This document shows positions 29,361 through 40,235 of a stretch of DNA of 64,000 nucleotides, piece after piece; the first letter of the stretch is position 1; each line of letters opens with the position of its first letter. A program made the translations under genes and the position numbers. The DNA lies in NCBI GenBank assembly GCA_963807165.1, contig CAWDZM010000001.1:353521-417520 (forward strand). The letters are read 5' to 3'. The notes under the pieces were generated by a model that saw only the letters and a list, made by a program, of their open reading frames with translations, ran no database searches and was not told where the DNA came from. This DNA comes from an uncultured bacterium. GTDB lineage: Bacteria > Patescibacteriota > Minisyncoccia > UBA6257 > 2-01-FULL-56-20.

Positions 29361-29954
29361 TTATTGTAGCATAGAAGGATCATCACCCAACGGATGGGTT
29401 ATTAGATATTCTTTTGTCAGATACACAGACATAAGATCTGTCAGAATCGGGAGATTAAAATCCGCCACACCCGCATCGGGATATTTTGGATGCTGAAAGA
29501 CAAAGTTTTTTACTGGACTAAATTTATCACTATTAAGAAGCTCTTCTACGAGTGAGAATGACCTACTCCTTACATCGAGCTCATTCTTTGGATGAGTTGC
29601 CTGGATCATAGCAATCAGTACATCCAGACAATCATCGACGATCTTTCGAGCGCCACTTTCCTCTAACGCCCCTCTCCCAAGCATCGTAAGCACGATTGGA
29701 CTCCCGGTGGCAAAATAACCCGCCTGAAGTCCATCACGGGTGATAATATACATCGAGATACTCCCCATCGTTCTCCCGATTCTTTCAATCTGCCATTCAA
29801 GCCCGGATGCAAAATCCATTATGATAAAAATAAAGACGACGGAAATAATGCCGATTATCAGCGCCGATTGGCTGTCGATAATATTTTTAGCATAGAGGCC
29901 GTATAATGCCCCGAACCCTGCCAGCACGCCTATCAATTTGGTCATGATCTTCAT
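29361..29954 (-). CDS. Hypothetical membrane protein
   Basis: Two N-terminal TM helices; AT-richer than the flanking genes. Confidence 0.6.
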   Translation of the reverse strand: MKIMTKLIGVLAGFGALYGLYAKNIIDSQSALIIGIISVVFIFIIMDFASGLEWQIERIGRTMGSISMYIITRDGLQAGYFATGSPIVLTMLGRGALEESGARKIVDDCLDVLIAMIQATHPKNELDVRSRSFSLVEELLNSDKFSPVKNFVFQHPKYPDAGVADFNLPILTDLMSVYLTKEYLITHPLGDDPSMLQ

Positions 29955-30014
29955 GACCTCATCCTACATTTTTAAAAGAAGGATGCAAATTTCTTTTTAC
30001 CTTTTTTTAATCTT

Positions 30015-31004
30015 TTATTTTCTCCGTATCGCGCGCTTTGCCGCCGCCTTGATATCCTTCACATCCATGCCATATTTTTTGATCAATTCCGCGGGCGCGC
30101 CGGACTCGCCGAACGAATTTTGCATGCCGATGAACTCGATCGGCGTCGGCGCGTGCTTTGCCAGTACCTCCGCGACCGCACCGCCGAGACCGCCCTGCAC
30201 CTGATGCTCTTCCACCGTCACCACCGCGCCGATCTTTTTTGCCAACTCCACGATCTTTTTATCATCAATCGGTTTAATACTGGCGCAATTCAACACCACC
30301 GTGCCAATCTTTTCTTCCTCCAACTCTCGCGCGGCGAGGAGCGCATTATAGAGCAATCCGCCACAGCCGATGATCAACACTTCCGGCTTTTTCGATTGCC
30401 AGAAGATCTCCGCCTTACCTGGGATGAATGGTGTCTCATCCGTCGTCATGATGGGAGTCTTTTCGCGCTGAAACCGTAGATAGATCGGACCCCAGACGCG
30501 CGCGGCGGCGAGCGTCGCCTTGCGTGCCTCGATGGCATCGCACGGCACGATCACACTCATGTTCGGCATCGCGCGCATGATAGCAATGTCCTCCGTCGCC
30601 TGGTGCGTCGCACCGTCAGGGCCGACAGAAATGCCCGCGTGATGCCCCGCGATCTTTACGTTCGCGTTGTTGTATGCAATCGTGGTGCGGATCTGTTCCC
30701 AATTCCTGCCCGGCGAGAACGTTGCGTACGATGCGATGAACGGGATTTTGCCGCTCACGCCAAGCCCGGCGGCAACCGTCGCCATGTTCTGCTCCGCAAC
30801 GCCCATTTCAAAAAATCGCTCGGGGTATTTTTTGGCGAACGCTTCCACGCGCGTGGATTCCGTCAGGTCAGCACACAACGCAACGACGTTGGGGTTCGCA
30901 TCGCCTGCGGCGACAAGGCCATCGCCATACCCATTGCGGGTCGGCGCCTGCGCCACGTCTTCATCAAAAAGATTCGGATTCAGTTTTGCGTCGGGGTTCA
31001 GCAT
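30015..31004 (-). CDS. Transketolase, C-terminal subunit
   Basis: ADLTEST, GVAEQNM, GPDGATHQ, VEEHQ..GGLG. Confidence 0.93.
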   Translation of the reverse strand: MLNPDAKLNPNLFDEDVAQAPTRNGYGDGLVAAGDANPNVVALCADLTESTRVEAFAKKYPERFFEMGVAEQNMATVAAGLGVSGKIPFIASYATFSPGRNWEQIRTTIAYNNANVKIAGHHAGISVGPDGATHQATEDIAIMRAMPNMSVIVPCDAIEARKATLAAARVWGPIYLRFQREKTPIMTTDETPFIPGKAEIFWQSKKPEVLIIGCGGLLYNALLAARELEEEKIGTVVLNCASIKPIDDKKIVELAKKIGAVVTVEEHQVQGGLGGAVAEVLAKHAPTPIEFIGMQNSFGESGAPAELIKKYGMDVKDIKAAAKRAIRRK

Positions 31005-31026
31005 TATTGTTATTCTAACATACTCA

Positions 31027-31644
31027 TCATTGACCGAACGTGAGCGTGTTGATGATCATATGCGCGATGGCGTTATTATTTGCGGGCGACGCAAGATTGG
31101 GATTTGCATCGGCAATAGGAAAATCGAAGCGAAGTGTGCTCGTCCCGTCGGCCATATAGATCTGTTCCGCATCATGATCAAACTCAAATACTTTATACAA
31201 TTCGTATGCGTTATATGGCCCTATGTTCAACAAAAAACTTTTTTCGAATGACGCAACCTGGTTATTCCCCGCCTTGTACGCCGCCAACATCTGATGAACA
31301 TATTCTCCGGAAGATAGATTGCTCGGATTACTTTCTATAAACACTTCCAGTACATAGGTGGTCGTTCCATTCAAGGGATTGCCAAATTCAATAAAAGGCT
31401 CGGTCCCTAAAAGACCGCCTGTAAATATCTGCCAATTGGGAGGATATTCGAGTGAAAATCCATCGTTACCGTCGTGGTATGCCTGCCATGTGGAAGTATC
31501 AACACCAGTTAGTTGATCCGCCGCGCTTCCGTTAACATCTTGAAAAGTAAGCACCTGCCCAATCGCATGGGCGGCGGAATAAAGTAAAATAGCAGCCGCT
31601 CCAACAACGACGATTAATACTGCCCATACTTCCTTCCGATGCAT
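31027..31644 (-). CDS. Membrane-anchored PsbP-like protein
   Basis: TM helix, DTSTWQAY..GFSLEYPPNW, MIINTLTF. Confidence 0.6.
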   Translation of the reverse strand: MHRKEVWAVLIVVVGAAAILLYSAAHAIGQVLTFQDVNGSAADQLTGVDTSTWQAYHDGNDGFSLEYPPNWQIFTGGLLGTEPFIEFGNPLNGTTTYVLEVFIESNPSNLSSGEYVHQMLAAYKAGNNQVASFEKSFLLNIGPYNAYELYKVFEFDHDAEQIYMADGTSTLRFDFPIADANPNLASPANNNAIAHMIINTLTFGQ

Positions 31645-31648
31645 TACG

Positions 31649-32179
31649 TTATTTTGCAATTTTCGCCTGGTGCCGCTGGATGAGCCACATGCTTCCGCCG
31701 ATAATGAGCACGGCAATCACGAGCCCGACGAAAAATTTCAGCTGATCATCAACACTCCCCCATCCGCGCACGTAGCCGTACATGATACTCCACAACCCGG
31801 CGAGCATAATCCCGACAGGCACCGCGTTCGATGCGAGCGCAACGCCGAAGATCAACCAGAATCCCACGGCGAATACGATGATGCCAACGAGGTTTGCGAT
31901 GATGAAGATATTCCGATTATAGATGCTCGTCGCGTTCTCATAGGCGGTTTCCGCATTATTATATTGATCCTGAGCCGCTTGCTGCTGGACCTCGATCTTT
32001 GCATTGTTCTGCATGCACGCGGTGTCGGCTGACGCGCATGGAACGACCGGCACTCCAATGTCATTGTTTGGATAAGACGGCGCTTGTGGTGCCGGATAAA
32101 ATGCCGAGATGCCGAGCGCGATCAATGCCGCAAGGATTACCGCCGTTGCAAGTCCGAGCACGAAATTTACAACTTTCAT
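31649..32179 (-). CDS. Hypothetical membrane protein (4 TM, YPAP motif)
   Basis: Hydrophobic helices flanking an extracytoplasmic loop. Confidence 0.65.
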   Translation of the reverse strand: MKVVNFVLGLATAVILAALIALGISAFYPAPQAPSYPNNDIGVPVVPCASADTACMQNNAKIEVQQQAAQDQYNNAETAYENATSIYNRNIFIIANLVGIIVFAVGFWLIFGVALASNAVPVGIMLAGLWSIMYGYVRGWGSVDDQLKFFVGLVIAVLIIGGSMWLIQRHQAKIAK

Positions 32180-32216
32180 ATTTTTTAATAAATTAATTTA
32201 TTTATTACCGCACGAC

Positions 32217-33077
32217 CTATTGATGTTCGCTCTGGATTTTATGTTGTAGCGTACGCAATTCCTCGAGCGCTTTTTCTGCTTCGCCCGGCTTGAACGGCTT
32301 CGAATGCCAGAGATAATCGTTCTCCATAAAATCCACGCCCTTACCCGGAATCGTGTGTGCGATGATTACCGTCGGCTGTTCATGGATCGCGCGCGCTTCC
32401 GCGGCGGCGGCGATGATCTCCTCAAAATTGTGCCCGTCGATCTCGAGCACGTGCCAGTTGAACGCGCGATACTTGTCCGCGAACGGTTCGAGCGGCATGA
32501 TCTTTTCCGTAAACCCGTCGATCTGGATGTTGTTGCGGTCAACAACGACAGTGAGATTGCTCAACCGGTTCTTCCCCGCGAACATGACCGCTTCCCACGT
32601 GTTGCCTTCCTCGTGCTCGCCGTCGGAGGTCAAACAATAGACCTGATATTTTTTTGCGTCGAGTCGCGCCGCCAAAGCCATGCCGCTTGCTTGCGAAATG
32701 CCGGAGCCGAGCGGCCCGGACGTGGTTTCAATGCCAGGCAGGACGCCGCGATGCGGATGCCCCTGCAGGCGCGTTCCCAACTGGCGCAGCGTCTTTAATT
32801 CCTCCACCGGAAAATATCCCGCATGTGCGAGTGCCGCGTACTGAACCGGACAGATGTGCCCGTTCGAAAGCACCAGGCGATCGCGATCCGGCATCGCCGG
32901 ATTCTTTGGATCGTGATGCAAAATATGAAAATAGAATGCGGTAAATATCTCCGCCATATCAAGTGGACCGGCAATATGGCCCGACCCCGCATGCGAGACC
33001 ATTTTGATGACGTCCTCGCGAAGGCGCGTGGCCATCAATTCCATCTCCTTTAATTTTTTTTCAGTGAGCGATTCCAT
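32217..33077 (-). CDS. Transketolase, N-terminal (TPP-binding) subunit
   Basis: SGHIAG, DRLVLSNGH, LQGHP, SDGEHEEGNTWEA. Confidence 0.93.
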   Translation of the reverse strand: MESLTEKKLKEMELMATRLREDVIKMVSHAGSGHIAGPLDMAEIFTAFYFHILHHDPKNPAMPDRDRLVLSNGHICPVQYAALAHAGYFPVEELKTLRQLGTRLQGHPHRGVLPGIETTSGPLGSGISQASGMALAARLDAKKYQVYCLTSDGEHEEGNTWEAVMFAGKNRLSNLTVVVDRNNIQIDGFTEKIMPLEPFADKYRAFNWHVLEIDGHNFEEIIAAAAEARAIHEQPTVIIAHTIPGKGVDFMENDYLWHSKPFKPGEAEKALEELRTLQHKIQSEHQ

Positions 33078-33114
33078 TATTAGATTAAATAAAAATCCTA
33101 ATATCCAAGTGCTA

Positions 33115-33756
33115 TTAAATAGCGACTAGCTCCTCGTATGCCTTCTTCGGATCAGCCGCGTTGAAAATATAATTCGATGAAACGATCGTGTCCGCACCGG
33201 CATCCTTCACGCGCCGCGCCGTTTCCGGATTCATGCCACCATCAACCTCTATTATAGCATCCGGCAAGGCTTCTCTGATAAATCGAACCTTCTCCGCAAC
33301 AAACGGAAGGAATTCCTGTCCCGCCGGACCGGGCTGGACGGCGAGCACCTGGAACGCCGTGAAGTCCCGGAAGTATGGCGCGAGATCTTCCGATATCGCA
33401 TCCGGCTTTGATGAGATCATCACCTCCGCATGATAGCGCGCGGCGGCGGAAACAATCTCATGCAGCGACTGCGGCGTCAGCGTCTCCAAATGCACGATCA
33501 GCCGCCGCGCGCCTGCCGCGAGCCAATCATCCGCGCACTCCTCCGGATGCTCCACCATCAGGTGAACTTCGAGCGCGAACGGCGATTTGAGTGCGACCCA
33601 CGCGAGCGGTTCCGCCCACGTCTTGTGTTCAGCAAACGAACCATCCGAAACATCGAGGTGTAGCATATCGCCCTCGCTTAAAAACGTCTTCGCGACGTCA
33701 AGCTTTTTTTTCACGCATTCGACATCGGGGCAGTTGAGAACGGGAATTACTTTCAT
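33115..33756 (-). CDS. rpe: Ribulose-phosphate 3-epimerase
   Basis: HLDVSDG, EVHLMV, VQPGPAGQ, EVDGG. Confidence 0.9.
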   Translation of the reverse strand: MKVIPVLNCPDVECVKKKLDVAKTFLSEGDMLHLDVSDGSFAEHKTWAEPLAWVALKSPFALEVHLMVEHPEECADDWLAAGARRLIVHLETLTPQSLHEIVSAAARYHAEVMISSKPDAISEDLAPYFRDFTAFQVLAVQPGPAGQEFLPFVAEKVRFIREALPDAIIEVDGGMNPETARRVKDAGADTIVSSNYIFNAADPKKAYEELVAI

Positions 33757-33760
33757 TCGT

Positions 33761-34228
33761 TTATTGTTTATCTTCGATCTCCGAAATTTTATTCAACCGG
33801 CGCAAATAACGTTCTTCGGTATTTTCAAACGGCGAGGAAAGAAACGCACGCGCGATTGCAAGCGCATCATCGGGCTTAATAAAATCCGCTGCAATCGCGA
33901 GTACATTCACATCGTCGTCATGCCGGCCAACGCGGATGTGTTCCGGCGACATCGCAAGCGCAGAGCGCACGCCTTTGAACTTGTTCGCCACGATGTCCGC
34001 GCCAAATCCCGATCCGCAGATCACGATCCCGCGCGCGGTCGCATCGCCGCTCGCCACTGCAGCCGCCATTTTTTCCCCGACCGCGGCCGCAAAATCCGGA
34101 TAGTCATCCGCCAGATCAAGCGCCGCGGCGCCGACATCCGTCAATTTATAGCCATCCTTTGCGAGCGCATCTTTAATAGTCTGCTTAAGAAAAAATCCCC
34201 TGTGATCCGCGCCAATATAAATTGTCAT
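33761..34228 (-). CDS. rpiB: Ribose-5-phosphate isomerase B
   Basis: GADHRG, DYPD, ICGSG, ANKFKGVR, RYLRR. Confidence 0.92.
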   Translation of the reverse strand: MTIYIGADHRGFFLKQTIKDALAKDGYKLTDVGAAALDLADDYPDFAAAVGEKMAAAVASGDATARGIVICGSGFGADIVANKFKGVRSALAMSPEHIRVGRHDDDVNVLAIAADFIKPDDALAIARAFLSSPFENTEERYLRRLNKISEIEDKQ

Positions 34229-34309
34229 CCTTTAAGAATAGCATGTTGGCGACGCGGGATAAACGGCAAGCGGCGTGGGACGAAGTTTGAATAAATCTAT
34301 ACGCACAAC

Positions 34310-34693
34310 CTAAACGAGAATCTCTGAATGATTTTGAATGTCGCCATAAAAATCTTCGTAATTTACTGTCAATTCCTCTCCTGAAGCTATATCTCGTATG
34401 GTCGTAGTTTGGTCACTGATCCTTTCATCGCAATTTGGATTTAAAGAGTGATTGAAAAATCTTCCGTCATCACCGCAAAGCAAATATTTATTATATTTTT
34501 TATCTAAATAAGCGTAGTTGTAAAATTGCTTTTGGGAAAATGCAGAAAGCCTGCTTATCTCTTCTTTTGATAATAAAAGGTCGATAGCCCGCTCGAATTT
34601 CCATACAAGAGTACCCTTAGGAATTGGCTCATCCGCAAATAATCCAATGCCTGATATTTTACTTAGGGCAATTTTTGTTTTTACCGTTAACAT
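34310..34693 (-). CDS. SET-domain protein (lysine methyltransferase-like)
   Basis: GIGLFADEPIPKG, RFFNHSLNPN, RDIASGEELTVNY. Confidence 0.9.
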   Translation of the reverse strand: MLTVKTKIALSKISGIGLFADEPIPKGTLVWKFERAIDLLLSKEEISRLSAFSQKQFYNYAYLDKKYNKYLLCGDDGRFFNHSLNPNCDERISDQTTTIRDIASGEELTVNYEDFYGDIQNHSEILV

Positions 34694-34728
34694 GCAAGGA
34701 TTTCAAATCTAGCGCGATTCAATTTTCC

Positions 34729-35760
34729 CTATAACAGCGCCGCAACTTTCTCCACATGCTTGATGAGCGTGCTCACATATCCTGCTTCATTGTCATACCA
34801 ACTCAACACCTTCACCATGTCGCCATCGATCACCTTAATGAGGTCAAGCGGCACCGTTGCGCCAAATGGCTGGCCGATGATGTCGGACGAAACGAGCTGA
34901 TCGTTCGTTACCTGCAAAATCCCCTGCCAGCGCGGCGACGCAGCGGCGTCGGTGAGGATCTGCGCAATCTCCTCTACCGTCGTCGGCCGCTTTGCGATGA
35001 ATGTGATATCAGAAATAGAACCGGTAATGTTCGGCACGCGGAACGAGAGCCCATCGAACTTGCCCTTGAGCTCGGGGATCGCGCGCGCGACGCTGATCGC
35101 TGCGCCGGTCGTTTCGGGAACGGTGTTCATCGCCGCGGCGCGGCCCTTGCGGAAATCATGGCCACCGCGGATCGGCCCATCAACAAGCGACTGCGTGGCG
35201 GTGTATGCGTGCACGGTCGAGAGCGCGGCCTTCACGATGCCGGGATTCTCGCTCAACACCTGAATGACCGGCGACGCGGAATTCGTCGTGCACGATCCGT
35301 TCGACGTGATCGGCGCGATCTTAAAGTTATCTTCGTTCACGCCCACGAGCACCGTCTGCCCGGCGACACCATCATCATCTTTTGCCGGCGCCGTTATCAC
35401 CACGCGCTTTGCGCCCGCGGTCAAATGCACTTTGGCTTTTTCGTATTCATCAAATAACCCCGTCGATTCCACCACAACATCAATATTCAAATCTTTCCAT
35501 GGAAGCTGGGTCGGATCCTTGATCTGCAAGAAAGAAATTTCTTTGCCCGCGACAATAAGTTTGCCATTCGCCATGTCAGCCTTCACTTCTTTGCCGTAGC
35601 GGCCATAGACCGTGTCGTACTTCAAAAGGTACGCAAGATTTTCCACATCGCCCAGATCGTTCAGCGCGACGATCTCAATGTTCGGCAATTCGAATGCCGC
35701 TTTAAAGAACAATCGCCCGATCCTGCCGAACCCATTTATCGCGACGCGTACATTTGCCAT
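34729..35760 (-). CDS. gap: Glyceraldehyde-3-phosphate dehydrogenase, type I
   Basis: INGFGRIGR, VESTG, SNGSCTTN, WYDNE. Confidence 0.96.
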   Translation of the reverse strand: MANVRVAINGFGRIGRLFFKAAFELPNIEIVALNDLGDVENLAYLLKYDTVYGRYGKEVKADMANGKLIVAGKEISFLQIKDPTQLPWKDLNIDVVVESTGLFDEYEKAKVHLTAGAKRVVITAPAKDDDGVAGQTVLVGVNEDNFKIAPITSNGSCTTNSASPVIQVLSENPGIVKAALSTVHAYTATQSLVDGPIRGGHDFRKGRAAAMNTVPETTGAAISVARAIPELKGKFDGLSFRVPNITGSISDITFIAKRPTTVEEIAQILTDAAASPRWQGILQVTNDQLVSSDIIGQPFGATVPLDLIKVIDGDMVKVLSWYDNEAGYVSTLIKHVEKVAALL

Positions 35761-35920
35761 ATGGTTATTAAAAATAGTTAAAAGTTTATATCCTGCTGAC
35801 CGTTCCCTCTATTATATAGCGAAATTGGCGAGAAACCCAAAAGGGCTTGCATTATTCTAAACTTATGGCATTATATAGCCAGAATGTTGCACCCCCCGCG
35901 TTCGGTAAGGAGGTACCAAC

Positions 35921-36127
35921 GTGAACATTTTTGGTATACCTATCGGGAGGTCGCCTGAACGGCTCCTCCGAAAAGATCTGAAGAACCACGAATCCAGACT
36001 CAGCGGGATCGAACAACTGGCAAAATATGTCGGCGATCCCACCATCTCCCAAACATCCGAGGCAGAATCTCTTCGCAACAAAATTGTGGAAACCAAAGCC
36101 CTGCTGAAGCTATCAGGAACATCCTGA
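35921..36127 (+). CDS. Small hypothetical protein
   Basis: TAAGGAGG RBS before GTG; upstream TTGCAT and TATAG promoter-like boxes. Confidence 0.5.
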   Translation: MNIFGIPIGRSPERLLRKDLKNHESRLSGIEQLAKYVGDPTISQTSEAESLRNKIVETKALLKLSGTS

Positions 36128-36141
36128 TAGCTTTTTTTATT

Positions 36142-36765
36142 CTATTGACCCGCACCGATCGTCACCGTGTCCCCCACCTTTATATTGTACTTTGCCACAG
36201 TGCCAGCGTTCACTTCCAACACTTTATCGGTGTTGGCGGGCGAGGTAACAATAGGCAATTCCCAAAGTTGAGTTCCTGGCGCGGGCGCGGGAACATTTTG
36301 CGCAAAACCATCCACGGTGTTGCCACTGATCCAAATCATATCCAACGGAAAATTCATGTCCTTCATCCAAAACGTTTGGATCGTGCCGGTACTGAAGATA
36401 AAGAGCATGCCATCATTCTCGCCAAGCGATGTGCGATACGAAAGTCCGCGCGTCTGTTCAACGATCGTGGACGCGAGCTCCACGCTGAACTGCGCACTAG
36501 CGATATCAAGCGGTTCCGCCGGGAGCGGCGGATTTGCGATGTCGGTGCCTGTTGAATCATCCATCGCCTCACTACTAGAAACAGTTCCGATAGATTGAGC
36601 GGCTCCAACGATCGGCGTCGACGAACTCGCGATAGAAATATTCGTCCGCGAGAGCGGCGGGTTCGGCTGGCCAAAGAAGATATACCACCAGACACCGAGG
36701 ATGATCAGAAAAGAAATCGGGGCGGCGATAATAAATAACGTGGTCATTTTTTTATTGCGGGACAT
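36142..36765 (-). CDS. DUF192-domain membrane-anchored protein
   Basis: RGLSYR..L..GMLFIF..FWMKDMNFPLDMIWI, VLEVNAG. Confidence 0.9.
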   Translation of the reverse strand: MSRNKKMTTLFIIAAPISFLIILGVWWYIFFGQPNPPLSRTNISIASSSTPIVGAAQSIGTVSSSEAMDDSTGTDIANPPLPAEPLDIASAQFSVELASTIVEQTRGLSYRTSLGENDGMLFIFSTGTIQTFWMKDMNFPLDMIWISGNTVDGFAQNVPAPAPGTQLWELPIVTSPANTDKVLEVNAGTVAKYNIKVGDTVTIGAGQ

Positions 36766-36768
36766 ACT

Positions 36769-37269
36769 CTATATAATACCACCCCCAAAGCGTAACCCAA
36801 ACGCCGCGATGCCGAACGCAACCGCGACGTTCAACGATTCTTTTTTCCCCATCATCGGGATCTCGAGAATGCGATCGGATGCCGTTAATATAGATGGCGG
36901 TAATCCCTTCACCTCGTTGCCGACGATGATCGCCACCCGCGCATCCGCGTGCGCGAGCTTAGGATCGCGCGCAACATCATAATACGGCACCGAGCGCGCG
37001 GATTGTTCCAACGCAAATATCTCGTATCCCTCTTCCTTTAACCGATCCACCACTTCCATCGTCGTCTTCGCGGATTCCCAGGCGATATAATCCTCCGCGC
37101 CGAGCGCGACCTTGGCGAAATCGGGGCGCACCTGCGTAAAGCGGTCAAGTGGCGTCGGCGTGATGCCGCACAAATAGATCTTTTCCACGCCAGCCGCATC
37201 CGCGGTGCGAAAGATGGAGCCCACATTGTGGACGCTGCGAACATCGTGCGCGATGACGGCGAGTTTCAT
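36769..37269 (-). CDS. TrmH/SpoU-family RNA methyltransferase
   Basis: RSVHNVGSIFRTAD, GNEVKGL, EIPMMGKKESLNVAVA. Confidence 0.9.
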   Translation of the reverse strand: MKLAVIAHDVRSVHNVGSIFRTADAAGVEKIYLCGITPTPLDRFTQVRPDFAKVALGAEDYIAWESAKTTMEVVDRLKEEGYEIFALEQSARSVPYYDVARDPKLAHADARVAIIVGNEVKGLPPSILTASDRILEIPMMGKKESLNVAVAFGIAAFGLRFGGGII

Positions 37270-37304
37270 CCCTCTATAATATCACGCAACGCCCAGGCAG
37301 GAGA

Positions 37305-39594
37305 TCAATTTGAGAACAATACCCCCGTATCGCCAGTCACGACAAACTTTGCGTTTACCAGCGAAGGGTCACTAAATAAGCCACCGGCAGCATCAACACC
37401 TGTTCCATAAAACTGTACGACGGCAGCAGTGGAAGGATTCCATGTTTGATCTTGAAAGACCCAGTGATATATGTGACTTGGAGAGAGTACGAATGGCGAA
37501 GAAGTGAAGTTGAAGATAGGAGTCCCTGCGCAGCTATATCCACTGAAGCCATTATCGCTTGGTATCACGCCAAGAGAAGAAAGATCGTATTCGTCGAAGA
37601 GTTCTAAAGAACAGCCGGTGACATCGGGATTCCTTGCGCCTGTCAAAAAATTGGCAGTGAATAGCTGGATGGATTGCAATGTGGAAGTCACTGGCACGGT
37701 AAAATACTGATACGCGTAATTCAGTTCCGGACTCAAATGGTATGGCGAGAATCCGGGCGGAAAATTCCACGTTGTAGTGACTACGGCAGATACGTCACCA
37801 AAATTATCCTCAGCGCGCACGCCAATGAGATACGAGTTCCCTATCGCAACGGGGATCGATCCGAGTGCCGACCAATCGGCATCAGAAAGCGTGGTGGAGG
37901 TCGAATAATTCATCTCATAATGCAATGGATTTGCCGACCAATCCGGATCGGTGGAGGTGCCAAATGAAAGACTGAGTTGCATGCCAAGATCATCAAACTG
38001 CATCGCGAGGTTTGTTGGTGTGGTAAGCGGCGGCGGCGTGAGCGTTGATGTCGCAGCAATCCCCTCCATCACCATGAATGGAAAGAATGGTTCGGTAAAT
38101 TGCACGCCACCTTCGCCATAAATAAAATTATCCCACATCATTGTGCCGGTCGTCGTGGTTGCCGTGCCGGCGAGGATCACGCTGCGATTCTGAAAATCCT
38201 GCATCGTCGTAAGGCGATAATAAAAATACGGCTTGAGCGAAATAGAAAGCCCGCTGAATGTCGCGGTCGCTATCACCGGCGTAAACGGCGCGTTATCGGA
38301 AATCGGAAACTGCTGAATCATCACGGTATAATTTTTATCTTTGAACTCCTGCAAGGCAACATGCGACCCATAATAAAGTTGATCGCTCACTTTCCCTTCG
38401 AGCGTCAGCGTGTTCAGCGTGCCAGAGAAACCGTTGCCCAGCTCAAACCAATTATCGTCATACCAGCTGGATTGAGAGTCCACGCTATCATCAAACTGAG
38501 CGAAAAGGGATGGATTTGAGGCGCCGCCGGAATCGGAAGAAGACGCTGTCGACGACGACGTTGATGATGCCACTGTTGATGATGAGTCTTCCTGCGTGGA
38601 AGAAGTGGCAGTGGTAATACTCGATGAGCTTGAACCCATAGTGCTCGTGGAAATAATAGTAGTGGTGGCAGTGCTGGTAGCGGTAGTGCTCGCATCGGTG
38701 CCTGTGGCGTCGGTTGATGATGTATCGGATGCCGGCGTTGATGTCGAACTGGCATCACCACTTACAATCGCCGGAATAATATTGCCAGCAGAAACACCAC
38801 TATTAGTGAACGGCGGCGGCGGAATCTGCGGATGAAGAAGTGGTGAGAGTTGTGATTGCGGCAGTTGTGGTTGCGGCGACAGGTGTTGTCGTCGCGACAG
38901 CGGACGCGCCCAAAATTTTCCCTCGCAACGCAGACGCTGCCGCGCCCGCCACACCGTCGCTACTATCATCATCTCCATTATCAGAGAGATACCAATTCCC
39001 CGCCGTCAGATTGGTGTATCCAGAAATCGGTTCCGGATCATACGCGGAAAATGTTCCATCACTATTCACCGTATCCATCGCAAAATGCAGATGCGTGCCG
39101 GGATGTTCTGCGCACGCCGCTCCTGCCACAAGTCCGGTGTCACCGATAAGTCCGACCACCTGTCCACGCCGGATGGACGCGCCAGTCGCCGCGATTGTAA
39201 TGCTCTCAGGAATCATGTGCGCATACCGGCTTACTACATGATCGCCATGATCAATGATCAGCTCTGTGCCATATCCTCCGTTATATCCTTCCTGGCTCAG
39301 GAACATCGCCGTCCCCGATGCAGCCGCCACCGCTGGCACCCCGTACGCGTCACACCCGTTCTGCGTAAAATCCAACGCGTAACTATCTTTCTTGATATGC
39401 GTCGGCGGCGTATCATATCCCTGGGTCACAAGAAAACTCTGTCCCTTGGCATATGGCAGTTTAACGCCAAGTGATGGAGCGACGACGACGTCAGCGAGTG
39501 AGCGAATGGGCATAGCAGCGATAACAATCACTACTGCCACTGCCACCGTCAGCGCGATGGCCAAGGATATAATTGTGGTCGATATTTTTTTCAT
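37305..39594 (-). CDS. Secreted M23 peptidase fused to a Ser/Thr linker and FN3-like C-terminal region (frameshift near 38810)
   Basis: YALDF, YAHM, HLHF in 38803-39594; the Ser/Thr linker continues in the adjacent frame (TNSGVSAG...) down to 37305. Confidence 0.7.
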
Positions 39595-39610
39595 AGGCAC
39601 GCGTAAGCGA

Positions 39611-40228
39611 TCAAATAGTTAATGTCGAGAGAAACATTTTAAGCATGTCATCACACTGCGTCGCGCCACCCGCATCGCCACTGATGACCGACGGCGCAAT
39701 CTCATATGCGTGGCTATCATTGAATGCATAGACGAGCGTTGTTGGAACGCCGTCAATCGTTCCATTCCACTTCACGCCGGTGCCGCCGCTCAAAGAAACA
39801 TCCTCACTAGACGCTTCAACCACCGCCAGACTCGGATCGGCGCCAATGCGATGCGTGATCCAATCCGCAAAGCCATCCGCACCAGCTGAGTACGAAAAGG
39901 CTGACACTTCGATCTTACATGCGACGTCGGGTGATGACGCATCAGGATGGAGCGCGATAGTATCGCTCGTGGTCTGTTCAATATTCCAACTTGCGGGAAC
40001 GCTGAACGCATATCCGTCATTTGAAAATTGCTGCATTGGCACTGCGGAAACGTCCGGTGCGACATCGCCTGCGCCACCATCCCCGCCGGGAGTGGAAATA
40101 TCCGAAGGGATGCCCGCACTAGGCGTAACGCCTATGCCAAGATGCCTGCAGATTAAAAATGCCCCGCCCGCGACCACCGCTACAATAAGCGTCCATAAAA
40201 AGAAGATTCCTCGTGATTGTTTTTTCAT
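39611..40228 (-). CDS. Membrane-anchored PsbP-like protein
   Basis: TM helix, GYAFSVPASW, MFLSTLTI. Confidence 0.6.
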   Translation of the reverse strand: MKKQSRGIFFLWTLIVAVVAGGAFLICRHLGIGVTPSAGIPSDISTPGGDGGAGDVAPDVSAVPMQQFSNDGYAFSVPASWNIEQTTSDTIALHPDASSPDVACKIEVSAFSYSAGADGFADWITHRIGADPSLAVVEASSEDVSLSGGTGVKWNGTIDGVPTTLVYAFNDSHAYEIAPSVISGDAGGATQCDDMLKMFLSTLTI

Positions 40229-40235
40229 AATATTT

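Noticed and set aside
38800-38825. M23 ORF and ORF 37305-38978 as two separate genes, or a phase-variable switch
   Set aside because: The Ser/Thr linker continues across the frame change and the downstream ORF lacks a credible start. The nearby GCC repeat is a triplet and cannot shift the frame. Treated as one gene with an indel
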